A DNA stretch of 64,000 nt from Moniliella sp. 'wahieum' (Eukaryota): NCBI GenBank assembly GCA_003971905.1, contig RSEE01000097.1, positions 1 through 64,000 on the forward strand. Reading direction: 5' to 3'. Under the pieces are notes generated by a model. The model was not told the origin of the DNA and searched no databases. It saw only the letters and a list, made by a program, of their open reading frames with translations. This document shows positions 1-13,440 of the stretch, piece after piece. Every line of letters starts with the position of its first letter. Within the stretch, counting starts at the first letter, position 1. The position numbers were made by a program, and so were the translations under genes.

Positions 1-1364
1 ATCTTCTCTACCTGGTACTGTCCGTGCTGCTGTGCATGCAAGCGGCCGAGCTGTCGGATGCGCTGATGCAGCCGCTCCAATGTGCTTCGATCCTGCGCCA
101 TGCCATCACGGCCTGTTGAACGTCTCGATTGACGGACGACACCTTTCGCGGGTATATGCCATTCTCTTACGCAAGGGGGGCGCGACCGTGCTCAAGCACG
201 AAGAACGTCTCGGTCAAAACCACACCCTTCACCCGTTTCCGACCCGGCCCTCGCGGAGAAACTCAACGAAGCCCGTTCACGGCACCTTCACCATCGCGCT
301 TCGGCCCGGTCCAACTCCGCTGTCCTCCGTCCACGCGGCCCCTCCATCCAGCCCCAAGACCCGCAAAACGATCCAAGCGCTCAGAACTCGACTCTCCCTC
401 CCACCCAACCCAGATGCATCCACCTCTCTCCCCCATGCCCACTCGGCCGACTCCATCCTCCCCGCCCCTTCCCACTTGACATTTGACTCGGCTCATGTCT
501 TCCCCCCCCGGTGCATGCGGATGCGGCGACTCGACCACCACGCCCACGTCCACGTCCACCTTCCGCCCTCGGCACCGCCCCTCCCACTTTTTGGACCACT
601 TCTTCCCACCCGTCCACTTCCACTTCCACTTCCACTTCCGCGTCGGCGCCACTGCCGCAGTCGGCACCAGCTTCCCACCCCAGCTCGCCCTGGCCGCATT
701 CCCATTCGGAGAGATGCCGTACCATATGACCCCTAGCGTGCCCCACCTCTCGCCTGTCTTACCTACCAGTACCACGGCCAGCGGGACAGGTACAGGTACG
801 GGCACAGGTACAGGTACGGTACGTCACCAGCTTCGACGGGCGACCCGTCCCCCTCGGCCGCTGGGACCGACCTCCCCGTCAACTTGAACAGCTTGTACAC
901 TCCAACTCCCCACCACAATCCCAATCCCACGTCTACGAGCACATTGGCTCATCCTTTGCTGCTCTCCCGCCCCCGCCCCACCGTCGTTGCTGGTGACATT
1001 GTGCCCTCCTTACCGCGCATGGAGGACCTCTGGTCTTTCTTTGGCTCGGTCGACGAACGGTTAACTTGGTCCCACCCACGTCGACCGCCTCGGCCACGGC
1101 AGGCGCGGGAACGGGTGTGGGAGCCGCAGCTGCAGCAGGCACAGGGGCAGGCGCAGGCACAGGAGCAAATGGTACAGGTGGTACAGGTGCAGGCGCAGGT
1201 GGCGTATGGGACGATGGGCCGTCAGTGATGGCGCAAGCGCGGACGCGGGTGTCTTGCTTGGTTTGTCCGATGCCGATGCGGCGCGCTTGGCTTTGGTCGC
1301 TGATGAGGCTGGCTTGAGCGCCGGGTCCTTGTTGCTCAACCTTAACCCAGCCTTGCACAATTGA
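1..1364 (+). CDS. 3' part of a hypothetical protein, possibly the C-terminus of a fungal transcription factor (partial, frameshifted)
   Basis: Joined frames give LLYLVLSVLLCMQAAEL / LLNVSIDGRHLSRVYAILLRK, then Ser/Thr/Pro/Gly-rich tracts and an acidic-hydrophobic tail (MEDLWSFFGS, GLSDADAARLALVADEAG), ending at TGA 1362-1364. No diagnostic domain is visible. Confidence 0.3.
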
Positions 1365-1812
1365 TTGTTGGATCTTGATCGTTGATCGTTGGATCTTGAT
1401 CGTTGATCGTTGGATCTTCATGGGCTTGGTACTTGATGCGTACAGTGATTGCAGATGCTTGGCCATCGTGCTGGCGTGGGGGGTGGCGTGGTGACCTTGG
1501 ACCGCACCACCACGTCAAGGTGTCTATGCTGTGCACACTTTGTTTTTTTTTACCGCAACACCAAGAGACCATGGCACAGAAGGCGAATCGTGCCGAGATC
1601 TGAGAGGTGGGATCTGAGGGTGGGGGGCACACCAACCCTGCGAATCCCCAACACGAAAAAATGTCTAATCCAAGGAGAAAGGGGTGCGCCTCCGTGTGGT
1701 GGTGTGTGGTGGATGTGTGTGGGAGCTCAGGCTGCTCAGACTGCGTGGAGGGTTCGGTTGGATGTGTGCCTTGTTGCGGATGGTTGGTTGGCCTGGGTGG
1801 CAAACGGGGGCG

Positions 1813-1888
1813 GATGAGGAGGATGAGGATGAGATGAGGATGAGGATGAGGATGAGGATGAGGATGAGGATGAGGATGAGGATGAAGA
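1813..1888. repeat. (GATGAG)n microsatellite
   Basis: About 12 tandem GATGAG units read directly from the sequence. Confidence 0.95.
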
Positions 1889-2678
1889 TGAATGGACTGT
1901 GAATTTGCTGCATCTCTTCTCTACAGCTTGTGTCTGTTTGTTTGGTGTTGTGTGTCCAAGGGCGTGGATCGTAGGCGTGGTGGCCATCCCACCTGGTCGA
2001 GGGACCAAGGACAGGGGTACTAGGGGTGGGCTTAGTAGCCTGTGAAAGATTGGGGCTAGGGCGAAGCACTAGACTAGGCGATCAATGGGTGAGCGCGATG
2101 AATCGGTCACACCAATGAGAGCCCAGAACCGCGGTTGTCCGTTAACTGAGAGAAGTAGTAGCTACGCTACCAAGCTAAGGACGATTGCACTGTGCAGGGT
2201 GGGAACAGTCAGAGATAGCTTCTTGTAAGCTCCTGACGCTAGTCCAACCTTCAATGCAACAGGGAGAAGAGGAAGGAGGGGAACGAGGGCGCGACGGTAA
2301 CCAATCCGGAGCGCGCGAGTTGCGGAGCTCTATAGCCAGTTCCGCTTGCCAGCGACATGGCCGATCCAGCCATCACACCAAGTGGTGCCACATGCCACCA
2401 CACTCCAACATCCTGGCGTAGCCGCTTTCCCAGCTTCCAATCCCCGCTTTCCCGCTTTCTTGCCCCGCTTTCCCCGCTTTCTTGCCCCGCAGTTGCGGCT
2501 GATCGAGCTGATCCAGGCCAAGCCGGCGGAAGCGGACATGTCCACGTAAGCAGCCAGATAGATCAAGCACACGAAGGCCAGACAAGTGGCTTCGTCTACG
2601 GTGGCTTCTTCTCCCGCCGCCTCCGCCGCCTCCACCGCCTCCACCGCCTCCACCGCCTCCACCGCCTGCCTGCTGCCC

Positions 2679-5675
2679 ATGACGGCCACCAGCGACACCG
2701 CCAGCAGCGTCCCGCCCTCGCCGCCCCCCCGGCCCCGCCCGCCGAGCTCGACGGCGACACCTTCTTCTCCCCGCTGCCCACGCTCCACCACGACCCCCAG
2801 CAGCCACCAGCCTGCCGCCACGCGCCGCCCTCGCTACTGCCCCGCCCGCGCCCTCGTCACCCGTACTTCCTCCCAGACGCCCCAGCAGCAGCAGCAGCAG
2901 TAGAAGCCGGAGCAGCAGCTCCACCCCGCCGCCAGAGCTGGTCGTTGACGCCTACCCCGCCCCCGATGGCCAGTCGGACCCCCAGGACGCTCCCTATGCC
3001 GACTCGGACATTGTCGTCATCTCGGGCGGGTCTGGGTACACCAGCTGGTCAATGCGACCCCGAGTGCCACCTACATCATGCCCATCAGCGACAATGGTGG
3101 CCTCCTCAGAGATCCGTGTTCTCGGCGGGCCCTCGGTCGGCGACATTCGCCCGCCTCGTTCGTCTCATCCCCCTCCCCTCGGAAGACCCCAATCATCCCA
3201 CCCCCGCACCCCAACAACCGGCCCATCAGCATTGCACCTGCTCTCACTGCGGCACCGTCAACCTCATCCCGGCTCCGCGCGCGATCGTGCCCCAGTCCAA
3301 TGCGGCGCTCTATCGCCTCCTCTCCTACCGTCTCCCCGTTACCGTCGTACTCGGCCGTCAAGGCCGAGGGCGCTCCATCCTCGAGGGCACTCACAAGCTC
3401 TGGCGCGGCATCGAGCATGAGCGTCGCGAAGCCGTCCGCGGCTTCCTCGTCCTCTTTGACACGGAAATCCTTCGCCGCTCCAATCGCAAGTTCAACTTTC
3501 GCGGCGGTAGCATTGGCAATTTCTTCATTGCGTTCGTACATCTCCCCCCCTAGATATGGACTTTCCACGGTCTTCCTCTGCTGTGACGCGTGGGAAGGAT
3601 GTCATGGACGCTCTGTACTGACTTGCTGTTTCGGTTGGCTTGTTCCGTCGCCCTCCCCCCCCCCCCCCCCCCCCCCTCTGCTCAGCGCTGCCCAAAAGTT
3701 CTTCCGGTCCATCCAGTCGGCCATCTTTCTGTTCAGTGCCATTACGCTCATCAATGGCGCTGGTGTGGCGACAGGCCTCACGTTTGGACCGTTTGCCAAT
3801 GGAGGCAACATTGCTGCCGCGGGGCCGGAACGGGCTCGCGTGTGATCCCAGCCATCAAACCAATCATACCGCTACCATCGCGGCGGACTTGCGGGATGGG
3901 GAAACGATCGTAGGCCAATGCGAAATCTCCCACCCCGCTCACCCGTCGCCTCCCCCAGTTCCCATCGCGTCCCAGCCTCACACGCCCGGCTTGATTGCTA
4001 CGGCGGCCGCCGCGCAGCATGCAGCTCGCTACGGTGGTTACCCTTCTTCCTCGCTCCACGCCCGCACTCTCTTGACTGGCGGGTTGCCCTCGTCCCCAAT
4101 GGGGGTGGTACAGGCACGCCAGGCTCGATTGATTCTTTCTCCCTCACCCTCATTCTCATTCTCTTCCCCACCCTCCTCCCCATTCCCACTCTCATCCACA
4201 TCCACATTCGCATTCGCATTCTCACCCCTCCCACCCCCACTCCTTGGCAGGCAGCATGGTCTTTGATCCTTCCCAACCGGGCAGCGGGATTCATACGCCC
4301 CACACGCCCTCACCCTGCCCCATGCCGTTGGCTCGCTCACGGGCGATGGCCTGGAAATCCATCCCATGGCGAACCGGACAGCGCTGACCCTCATGGCGAT
4401 GGATGGAAGGCTCAGAGGACTCGGACTCGGATTCGGACTCGGACGGGGAGCAGAGGCAAGGAGAGGAAGCCAAACAAATCGATCCCCTCTATGCACCCTA
4501 TCCCTCCCATGCCTCCCCATCCCGTCTTCGACGGGCACCACAGCCGCAACCGCAGCGACCGCGACCACTGCGCCCCCGACGGTGCATCCTCTCGCCCAGT
4601 CGATCAGCGCACTGGATGAACCCCCTCCCGCAGCCTCCCCCTCGGCGCCCCGACGCCGTCGGCGCGCAAGCGAGACAGGGGCACGCCCGCATCCAATTTG
4701 GTCTTTAGCAAAGACGGCGGCGACGAGCCCAAATTGTCTGCGCCAATCGATCGGGTGTACTATGTGAATGCGTACCGGAACGTGATTGCGCCGGCCGCCC
4801 AACCCGGGGTACCTCGCTGCATTGGGCCAAGCTTCAACGTTGGTCTATTCCTGTGGATCGCTCTGGACGTCCATTGTGCCGTGCCTTTCGTTGCGCGGGG
4901 TCGCCACGGCGATCGCCAAGTCGCCCACGCTCAAACGTAAGATCCTCCTGCTCAACTCGGCCTGGACCGCGAACGGACGGAATGACTGCTCATGACTTTG
5001 TCCATGCCCTCGTCGATTCCCTCAACTCGTCCGATATCGATGCGGGCTTGCTGGGACAGGGCGTGATTGGGTCCTTGGGCTCCGGCGTCGTACCGCCCAT
5101 GTACAGATCCGTGCCCCGCGCCCCGGGCCAAGTACAAACTCAACGCAAACGCAACGGCTAGCTCATCCTCAAGCGTCCGTTTCCACGCACGACGTTTCCT
5201 GGTCCGCGGCCGAGACCGGGAGGCGTGGCACATACGTGGAACGCGTTCAGTGGCAAAGGGTATGCCCCGCACGAATTGGTCAATTGGGTTGTGTACCTCG
5301 AACATTCCCAGGTGCCCGTCGAAGCATACGATCTGACGTGCCAGACGGGTATTCGCACTGTTCGCATCCGTGTGCCTCAACCGGCCGATGACGCCCGCCC
5401 AAGTTTTCAGAAAAAGGTACGTTTGTTTCTTTCCCGTTTTCTGGTCCTTGTTTCCCATCGCCTGTCGTGCGGGACCGTCGTGTGGGCCCTTGGCCCCTGC
5501 GGTTGTGGCTGGGGTTGCGTTGGTCCATGGCGCTGGTGTTCTTTTTTGCGGTTTGCTAACGTCATGTGTGCCCCTGTACGTCTCGTCTGCAGCAATTTGC
5601 AAAGCACTCGCCATCATTCGGCAAGAAGAAGACAGAGAACATCAGACACGATCAGCAGACCACGTCGTGGGATGA
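2679..5675 (+). CDS. UPF0052 / CofD-YvcK family protein (yeast YNL011C-like); introns and frameshifts
   Basis: Motifs in order across frames: DIVVISGGSG, YIMPISDNGG, IRVLGGPSVGDIR, FNFRGGSIGNFF, KFFRSIQSAIFLFS, TIAADLRDGETIVGQCEISHP, IDRVYYVN, LVYSCGSLWTSIVPCLSLRGVATAI, KILLLNS. Probable introns near 3532-3685 and from 5417 (GTACGT). Confidence 0.85.
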
Positions 5676-6643
5676 ACGTGATACGTGAAGCGTGAAGCGT
5701 GAAGCGTGAAGCGTCAAGGGCTATTAGGTTGCAGGGATCTTGAATCCCTTGGGTCGGTTAGGATCTTGCGTCCCGCGTCCACCGTTCCGGGTCGGTTTGT
5801 CTTGTGTGCTTTGTATCAATGCGAATCTTATACTTTGTGTCACTAGAAGACCACCGGGCCTACGGCCCGGTCAGCTGGGGCTTCGCCCCAGCTTGGTGTG
5901 CTTTGTGCTTGCTCGCCACCTTAGCCACCGTTCCCCCGTCGCCACCGTAGCCACCGGTCCACCGTTCCACGCTGGAGAGCGGAATAGTATTCACCACTAC
6001 GCCTCGGCGGAATTTTATCACCCATGTGCATCCGCCTGGCTGCGCCCGCCTGGAACGCGCGGGTGGCACGCTTACCACATAATCTTGTGCTGGCGCCAGA
6101 AAAAACGCCCCAATTTTATGTAGTAGTAGAAGTAGATGTGCCTGGTCGGCTCTGTGGGCAGAGGAGCGGGATTTTTTTTTCTTAGTTTGTTTTGCATGAT
6201 GACGCATGTTGACCTGCCGTTCGACACTGCTGCCTGGTTGATGGATCTCCGGAGAACCATGCTGCGCTCGTTTGTCTTGGGCACAATGAACGGCCGCTTT
6301 ACGAGCAAATGGATGATTGGCTAGATGACATGGAAGCGTTCCATGGCCCTGATTCATGCTTCATGGTGTCGATTGCTGTGACGACGGCGGCCCGGCTGAG
6401 TTCGGCGGGGAGAATGGGTGTGGCCCGTGCGTCGGGCGGGCCACAGAGGGTCACGTGCACACGATGCCGTCGTGCGCAATCGAGACTGGATAACCGGCAG
6501 GGTTGAACGTTCAGTTCAGTTGAACGTTGAACTTGGCCTCGCCGTTTCGGTTCAGACCTCCACCCGAACCGCCGTTTCCCGTCCAAACAAGCATCCACCC
6601 ATCCTTCCGCCCCCCCCCCCCCACACACCGCCACCATCCCCGC

Positions 6644-7769
6644 ATGCCCAGCCGGTCCAATCTGGAAGAGTCATCCCCGCTCCTGGCGGCGAGCATGTCG
6701 CTCCCCCCCGTGCCGTCTCCCGCCGCGCCGTGTTCACCATTGCCGGCGTCCTGTCTGTCCTGATTCTCGGGGGCATGTGGATGTTTACCCTGGGTCTCCT
6801 CGTGCCCAACGTTGCGCCCTGTCGCGTGTCGCCTCCCTCGACCCTGCCACCGCCTCCGTCCCGGCGACCCGGGCCGTCTGATCATTGCCGGCGACGTCCA
6901 CGGCATGCTGCACAAGCTCAAGGAACTTCTGGCCCAGATGGAGTACGACCCTACCATTGACCGCCTCATCCTCCTTGGCGATTTTACCACCAAGGGCCCC
7001 GATGGCATCGAAACCATTGACTTTGCCATCGAGCATGATGCGTACTGTGTCCGCGGCAACCACGAGGACCAGATCCTATGGGCGTATGCCAAGTACCACT
7101 ACCTCGCTCAACCCCAAACCTACCCGCCGTTTGCTTCGCCTACCCCGCAGCTGTTTGGCGCCCGACCCCAGGTCACCTTGGCCCCCACCAGGCCCGTGCG
7201 TCCGGTCCCAGTGTCTGCCCAGCCTACGCACCGGAGCTGGCGTGGCCGGGCTCCCCCTGGGCTGGCCTTAGTGCGTTTAACCCCGACCGGGACATGGCGC
7301 TGGTCAAGGCGCTCCGACCGCACCATGTTCGCTACATGCAGTCCTGCCCGGCCATCTTGGAGCTGGGCCAGGTTTCGGCCAAGGGCATTGCGGCCGTGGC
7401 GGTGCACGGTGGGTTGATGTGGAACGAACATACTCTCGAAAAGCAAGATCCGGCCGTGGTCATGCGCATCCGGGGCGTGACGGGCCACCATCATGAAGAT
7501 CCGAGGAGCCCTTGGGCGACCCTTGGTTTACCTGGTGGAACGAGGAACAACGTACCCGCGTCAAGGAGGAGCAAATCGAAGGTTTTACGGGCCACGACGC
7601 GTCCAAGGGCTTGCAGCTGTTCCGGTACAGCAAAGGACTGGATACCCGCTGCCAACGCGGGGGCAAGCTCTCGGGTTACACCGTGACCCTTCTGGATGGC
7701 CACTACCATGATGAAAAGCTCCATCAGGTAGATTGCTCCGACGAGGTCGAGGATGACGCAACTGCGTGA
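6644..7769 (+). CDS. Calcineurin-like metallophosphoesterase with N-terminal TM anchor (Ppn2/YNL217W-like)
   Basis: GDVHG, LGDFTTKGPD, VRGNHED, VAVHGG and KGLDTRC motifs; hydrophobic segment AVFTIAGVLSVLILGGMWMFTLGLLV near the N-terminus; several frameshifts. Confidence 0.85.
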
Positions 7770-8447
7770 TCGTTGGTCCCGTCGCGTCTCAGGTGACGGT
7801 GAGATGAGGAGTGGGGAGACGGGATGGTGACTCTCACGCAGGCCGCCCTCTTTCCATTGATCTCTGCCTACAAGTCTGATGCCCGCTTATGATCGTCATG
7901 TCGAATCGGGCACTTACTTCCTTTCCTTTTTCCCTTTCCCACTGGTGGCCTTGTCCGACACCATGCTCCCCTATGACCTTCACGCTCATTCCACCTCACT
8001 AGTCACTAGTCACTCCACCTAACTCTAAGCTCTACTCCTGTCGCGTTGGATTGTTGTCATTGGCATGAAGATCACATTCCCACTTTTTCCTCGTCGCACT
8101 GGAGGCTGGATCGCCGATAGTAGTTACTTGCGTTCTGTGGGGTGGGGAGGAGTAAGGGATCCCCTCTCTTGCTCTGTTGGGTGGATGTGGGGAGAGGTGA
8201 CTACGCCATTCCACGGGCGTGTGGGATGCCGATGGGATGGGACGGCGTCGGAGATCTGGCGTGTGACGGGTGATGAGCGTGGCTATTCGCACAAGCGAGG
8301 CGCAGCAGCAGGGCAGCCGCCGTGCCGCCGCAATGCAATCCGCAGCGAAACACTCGCTAGTAGAGCCTGTCAACCACCACCACCCGCCGCCTGCCGTCGC
8401 CAGCACACTCAGCCCACCCCCTCCGGCCCCGCATCGCATCGGCTGCC

Positions 8448-11400
8448 ATGGCGACCAGCAAGGACACGCCGCCGATTGCGCGCCGCCTGGATGCGCTCGT
8501 GGCCCAGTACCACACCCTCTACGGGCCGCCTGGCTATGTGCCCCCCGGCCAGTCCGGCGCGCCCTCCCCCGCCCTCCGCCGCCGGCAAGAGTGCAGCCAA
8601 GTCAACTGCCGCGCCGGCTGCGCCTGGCCTGCCGCCGCTCGCCGCCACCATCTCGGTGGTGCTGCCGCCGCCCGCTTCGGCAGGTGCTCCGGCGTCCGCC
8701 GCAGCCACTGGCCAGGTGCGGTCCATCCTGTAGTCATTATCCCTGCCGCCTCGTATGCCGCGATCCTGCGCCTGCTCCCAAGCCCACTCCGCCCGCACTT
8801 CCGGCCCCGCTCCTGCCCCCCCCCCGTCCCCGCCGCCGCCGCCTGCCGCTCCTCCATCACCATCACCACCGCCGCCGCCGCCGTCTGCACCCGTGCGTGA
8901 ACAAGCATCTCACAGTGTAGTGCCTCAAACGGTCATTCTCGTCGATGCGCGTCCTCAGTTGGCTCCGCTGCCTTCGGCGACCAAAGCGAGCTCGGTACGC
9001 TCGAAAGCTCTTCCCGTGCTAGCTCGACCAAGGCCGCATCCATTGTGGCAGCCGACCCAGCCCCTGCTTCAAAAGCCGAGTCGGTCAAGTCAGCCTCTTC
9101 CAAAGCTTCGTCCAAGGCTTCGTCCAAGGCTTCGTCCAAGGCTTCGTCCAAGGCCTCGTCCAAGGCTTCATCCAAGGCTTCCTCAAAGGCCTCCTCTACC
9201 ACTTTCCAAACCCAGGTCACTCACGTCCGATCACTCAAGCCTGCGGGCTCAGTGGCAGTAAGCAGCATGACAGCTGTATTGGAGGAGAAGGAGGAAGAGG
9301 AGGAGGAGACAAGCACTGTGACCAAGGTGGCCAAGACGGTCAATTTTGCCCCCTCCGAGTTCAGCAAAGTAGCAGCTCCCGTTCCTATGCGAGTATCAAG
9401 CGTGGTCCCATTCGTCTCGCCATCTTTTGCGATGGAACATGGCAGTCCCGCTTGGAGGTGGAGCCCATCAATGACCAGGGAACCCCCACGTCTAAAACCG
9501 ATTCCTACTACACCAACGTCGCCCTGCTCGCCCAATGCCTCAAATCGACCGGCGAACGGGCGGATGGAAGTGGGTATCGCATCCCTCAGATTTCTTTATC
9601 TCCCTGGCGTTGGTGCCACACCTTATAAAACTCAAAAGGCCACACAAGGTGCTACCGGACAAGGTACGTTTGCCCCCGTCCATACCCCTCTGACCTGTGT
9701 GTCTAACCACTTCGAACCTAGGTGTTGGCCATAATATCCAGACCGCCTGGGCCTGGCTGTCAGACAACTGGCAGGCCAACGATGAGATCTTCCTTTTTGG
9801 GTTTCCAGAGGCGCGTTTACGCACGTGCCCTGGGTTGATCCATTGGGGGGGCATTTTGACCAAATCCCAAGCAGCGTTCCTCAAGCCCATTTGGGATGCT
9901 ATTCCCAGCGTAGGCCCGACCGGCCCGAAACGGGCGTGCACGCTGCTGCACTTTGCATGCTGTTACGGGACTGTGGCCTAACCCTCAAGCGGTTGGGGTG
10001 AGCCATGCGGCTTCTCTCATTACCCTGGGCGATGGCGCAGCGATCAAACGCAAAGGCCGATCCAAGTCTCCTTCGATCCATTGCACGTCTCTGTTCCACC
10101 TTTGAACCCGTCCGTGCGGCCACCGCCGATCAAAGTGGTGGGTGTGTGGGACACGGTGGGAGCAATGGGATTGCCGGGCCACTTTCAAAACCCATTGGTC
10201 AAGGAACACTTTTCTTTCTTGACCCTGGCCTTGGGCACAACATTGAGTATGCGTTTCATGCACTTGCGCTCGACGAGGAGCGCAAAGATTTTCTTCCGAC
10301 GCTGTTTTATCAACCGCGCGATGCCCCGCCAAGCCAGTGCTTCGCCAAACTTGGTTTCAAGGCAGCCACGCCGATATCGGGGGCGGGTACCAAGAACATG
10401 GCTTGAGCGACATTACCTTGGCTTGGATGGTCGCCCATCTGCGCGATACCAACTTTGGCGAACTACTAGCGGTGATGTGCGACGCTTGCGCAAACTTCAA
10501 GACGAACGCATCTTGTGGGCACACCAGCCGCCCCACAAGTCGCGCATGGCCATCGAGTCACGTGCGGTACGGCAGTGGAGGATAGTCATATGTCCCTGTT
10601 GGATGTGGTGGGACCGCAATGGGTCGACATGGTGAGCAACGGGCACCGGTTCGAGTCGCTACATCACTCGGTCGCGCTCGGGCAGAGACATCCCCGCGCG
10701 ACAGCCCCCAGTTTGATTCGCTTCGACGCTCCGATCCCGGCAGGTTGATTGCCCTGTGGCGCGAGGCGACCGACCCAGGCAGCTTGCTGACCGAGCAGTA
10801 CTTGCGCTGGCCATGGGGGTGCGCCCGCGCCCCAGAGAAGAAGGGGTGCAAGCTCGTGTCGTCACAGTATGAGCCGACCCACCCTCCAGACCGACGAAGG
10901 TCAATGGGCCATGCCGCATCGTGTCCAGCGGCGCGCGTACCCAAACACCGGCCTACCTCCCGTCACCAGTACCAGCTCACCAGGCGGAGGCGGGCCGTTC
11001 CATCGCCGCGGTCAATCGGAAACTGCAGTGGAGACCGGACCTGGGCCAGGACCACTCAACCTGTCGACCCTCACCTCAACCCAACCCCAAAAGGGTAGTC
11101 AGACAGCGCAGACGTACGCTCTTCAGCGCTCCGTCACGGTCCTACTGGTGCACCGCCTTTTAGTGCCACCCCCGCGCGTCCCTCCTACGCCTCCTTCCAC
11201 TGGGAGACGACATCGCGGGGAACCGTGTCGGATACCATGCTTCCACGTCACCCCACACAGACCAAGCTTACCTCCTCTTCGGTTCTGGAAGTGGAGTACC
11301 CTGAGAACGCAAGCACCGCAGCGGAGCAACACACGACCCATCCGCCTCCTCCTATGGCCACGGGCGTACCCCCTGCAATTGGCGAAGTCGACCAGATCGA

Positions 11401-11653
11401 CGCCGCGTACCAAAACCAAACCTGCTTCTCTCTTTCCTCCCGCACGGGGACACTCCACCGCCACACGATCAAACCCGTTCGAGCATCAGCACGGTATCCT
11501 CGCGCCCGTCTGCGCACAACGAAGAGCCTGCCGTCGAAACCGGCCGGGTCCCGCACCCACCCACCCGGCCCCAGCCCCACCAAAAAAGGCGCCCGAACAG
11601 TGGACGTTTTCCGTACGAAACCGTCGTGGAGTTTACGGCGCAAAGGCGGATAG
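8448..11653 (+). CDS. DUF2235 (Tle1-like alpha/beta hydrolase) protein with long low-complexity N- and C-terminal extensions
   Basis: From ~9390: RLAIFCDGTWQS, YTNVALLAQC, YLPGVG, DEIFLFGF(S)RGA, VVGVWDTVGAMG, HALALDEERKDF, QTWFQGSHADIGGG. Intron ~9664-9721 (GTACGT..CTAAC..TAG). Start and end are uncertain. Confidence 0.8.
9097..9195 (+). repeat. 12-bp coding tandem repeat, (SSKA) x8
   Basis: Tandem TCGTCCAAGGCT-type units with synonymous variation, translated as SSKA in ORF 9045..9734. Confidence 0.9.
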
Positions 11654-11794
11654 GATAGGCAGCGGTAACTAGGTCTGCCGGCCCCTCCATACTTCCCCCC
11701 GGCCAGTTATTGTTTCCCCTGCCTTCCGCCTCCCGCCTTCGGGTCTCTGTCTCTACTTCCCGCCCCCATGAGTTTCATGCCCTGATTACCACTC

Positions 11795-11858
11795 GGGTTC
11801 TTCCTCTGGTTCTCCTCTGGTTTTCCTCTGGTTCTTCCTCTGGTTCTTTCCTCTGGTT
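11795..11858. repeat. Imperfect 11-13 bp tandem repeat with TCCTCTGGTT core, x5
   Basis: Read directly from the sequence, downstream of the DUF2235 gene. Confidence 0.85.
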
Positions 11859-12829
11859 CTCAACAAGATTACTGCCTACTCTGCCCTCGTCCTCGTCTGA
11901 TCCTCGCCCTGCTCATCGCACTGCGCCTCGTCCTATTCCTTATCCTGCGCCGGCTTGCGCTCGCAACTACACTCCTCGACTGTATGGCCTTCCTTTTTTC
12001 TTGGGCCTCGTCTGATCTTAAAATAGTATCTCTCTTTCGGCGTTTTGCTCTCCCTCCTTCCCTCTCTCCCCTTCTTCCTGTTGCTTCGTTCCTTGCCTTG
12101 CCTCTTGCCGCTTGCCTCTTGCCTCTGCCTCCCCTTAATTCTCGCTCTCGATCTCCCACTCTCACCCACCGTTTCCTCGCCGTATTCTGTGGATCCGTGT
12201 CCGTTTTTCTTTAACCCCCCCCCCCCGTCTCACTTCCTTCCTACTAAGCACCCCTGATCGATGCGCCCCTATCCTAAAGAAGGCCAGACTCGCTGGTGCG
12301 TCCGCGTGGCTGTTTGCAACGCTTGCCTGCATGAGAGCACGGTCTGGCCTCGGAGGCGCTCTTGATTGAAGCTTATAGTTTGAGTGAGACGTTGATGTTC
12401 GAACCGCACATAAGAATCGATCTTTGCTTGGTGATTTGTTCCCGTTCAACGACAGTATAGAGTAGTAAACTCAAGACTCAGTTGAGTAGTATAGTATATA
12501 TATCCTGATTTACTGATCACGAGTCAGTAAGAGGTACAATGCACGAAAGTAGTACCACGTACTGACAACGCTCGATCGTCAGTGGCTTAGTTTTTGTTGG
12601 CTTAGTGCACAAGCTAGACCAAAATGGTACGGTTGCGATTGGGATGGGACGCGCGGGAAGTGGGGGGACCTGACAGAGAGAAGAGAGAAGCGAGATCGTC
12701 TCCCTGGCTCATATTCAAAGGTCTTCTGGTGGCGGGATGCGGAATATGCGTGCACACCGCAAAACACGGCACACAGGCAACACCTGCCCCTGAGCCGCTC
12801 CTCGTCATTTCGTCCCGAGTACGTTTTCT

Positions 12830-13440
12830 GCAACTGTAGACCGTCTACTACCAAGAACGCGAGGTTGAAGAATGGAGTTTTGAAGAAGAGGTATAGGAAA
12901 CTCTAAGAGAAGGGCATACGACCTAATTGAGTTCAGCACATCGCCGAAGAGGTAGAGGGAGCGTCTGGGCCAACCATACGCTATAAGGACGTAGGAATAT
13001 ATGGGCATCACGCCGCATCAACCTCCCCACTACCCAATGCAGTCGTCAGAGGCGGTGAAGAGAAGGCACGGCAGAGGGTGCAATGTCGGCTCCAGTGGCT
13101 TCAGATGGCTCTCCTGTGTGCGGAACTCAGGGGGCGGAAGGCGGGGGATGAAGACAGACTGTCACGGGCAAAGATGGGCTAGCAAAAACCCGGCGGAGCC
13201 TATGCGTCCCCCTTCGCCTTCCTAACCCAGTCCCCAGGTTGGTCATAGGGTCAGATTCGATCTGATCCGATCTCACCTGAGGCCCGTCTGCTCTACCCAA
13301 CCATAGAGCACGCTCCCGTATCCAACTCAGTTCGATCTCGGCTGGCAATCCCGCCAGCACGATGACCTGGTCTATACGTATCCGCGCGACAATGATATAT
13401 CTCTTGCCCAAGTGAATTGGTGGCCATCGCATGACCACCC
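12830..13440 (-). mobile_element. Degenerate Ty3/gypsy integrase relic
   Basis: GKRYIIVAR resembles the start of the fungal gypsy integrase core; downstream PIYSYVLIAYG resembles TGxSPYxLxYG. Many disruptions. Confidence 0.4.

Noticed and set aside
263..2924. Low-complexity ORFs (WKWKWK, MRMRMR, ILILIL, poly-G/S)
   Set aside because: These are translations of microsatellites or antisense frames of GC-rich genes.
6503..6533. Heat-shock element-like GAACGTTC clusters (also ~28213)
   Set aside because: Only two correctly phased nGAAn units; more simply part of the local short-repeat stutter.
11795..11858. CRISPR-like array (also considered 9097-9195)
   Set aside because: Contiguous short repeats with no unique spacers, no cas genes and a eukaryotic context.
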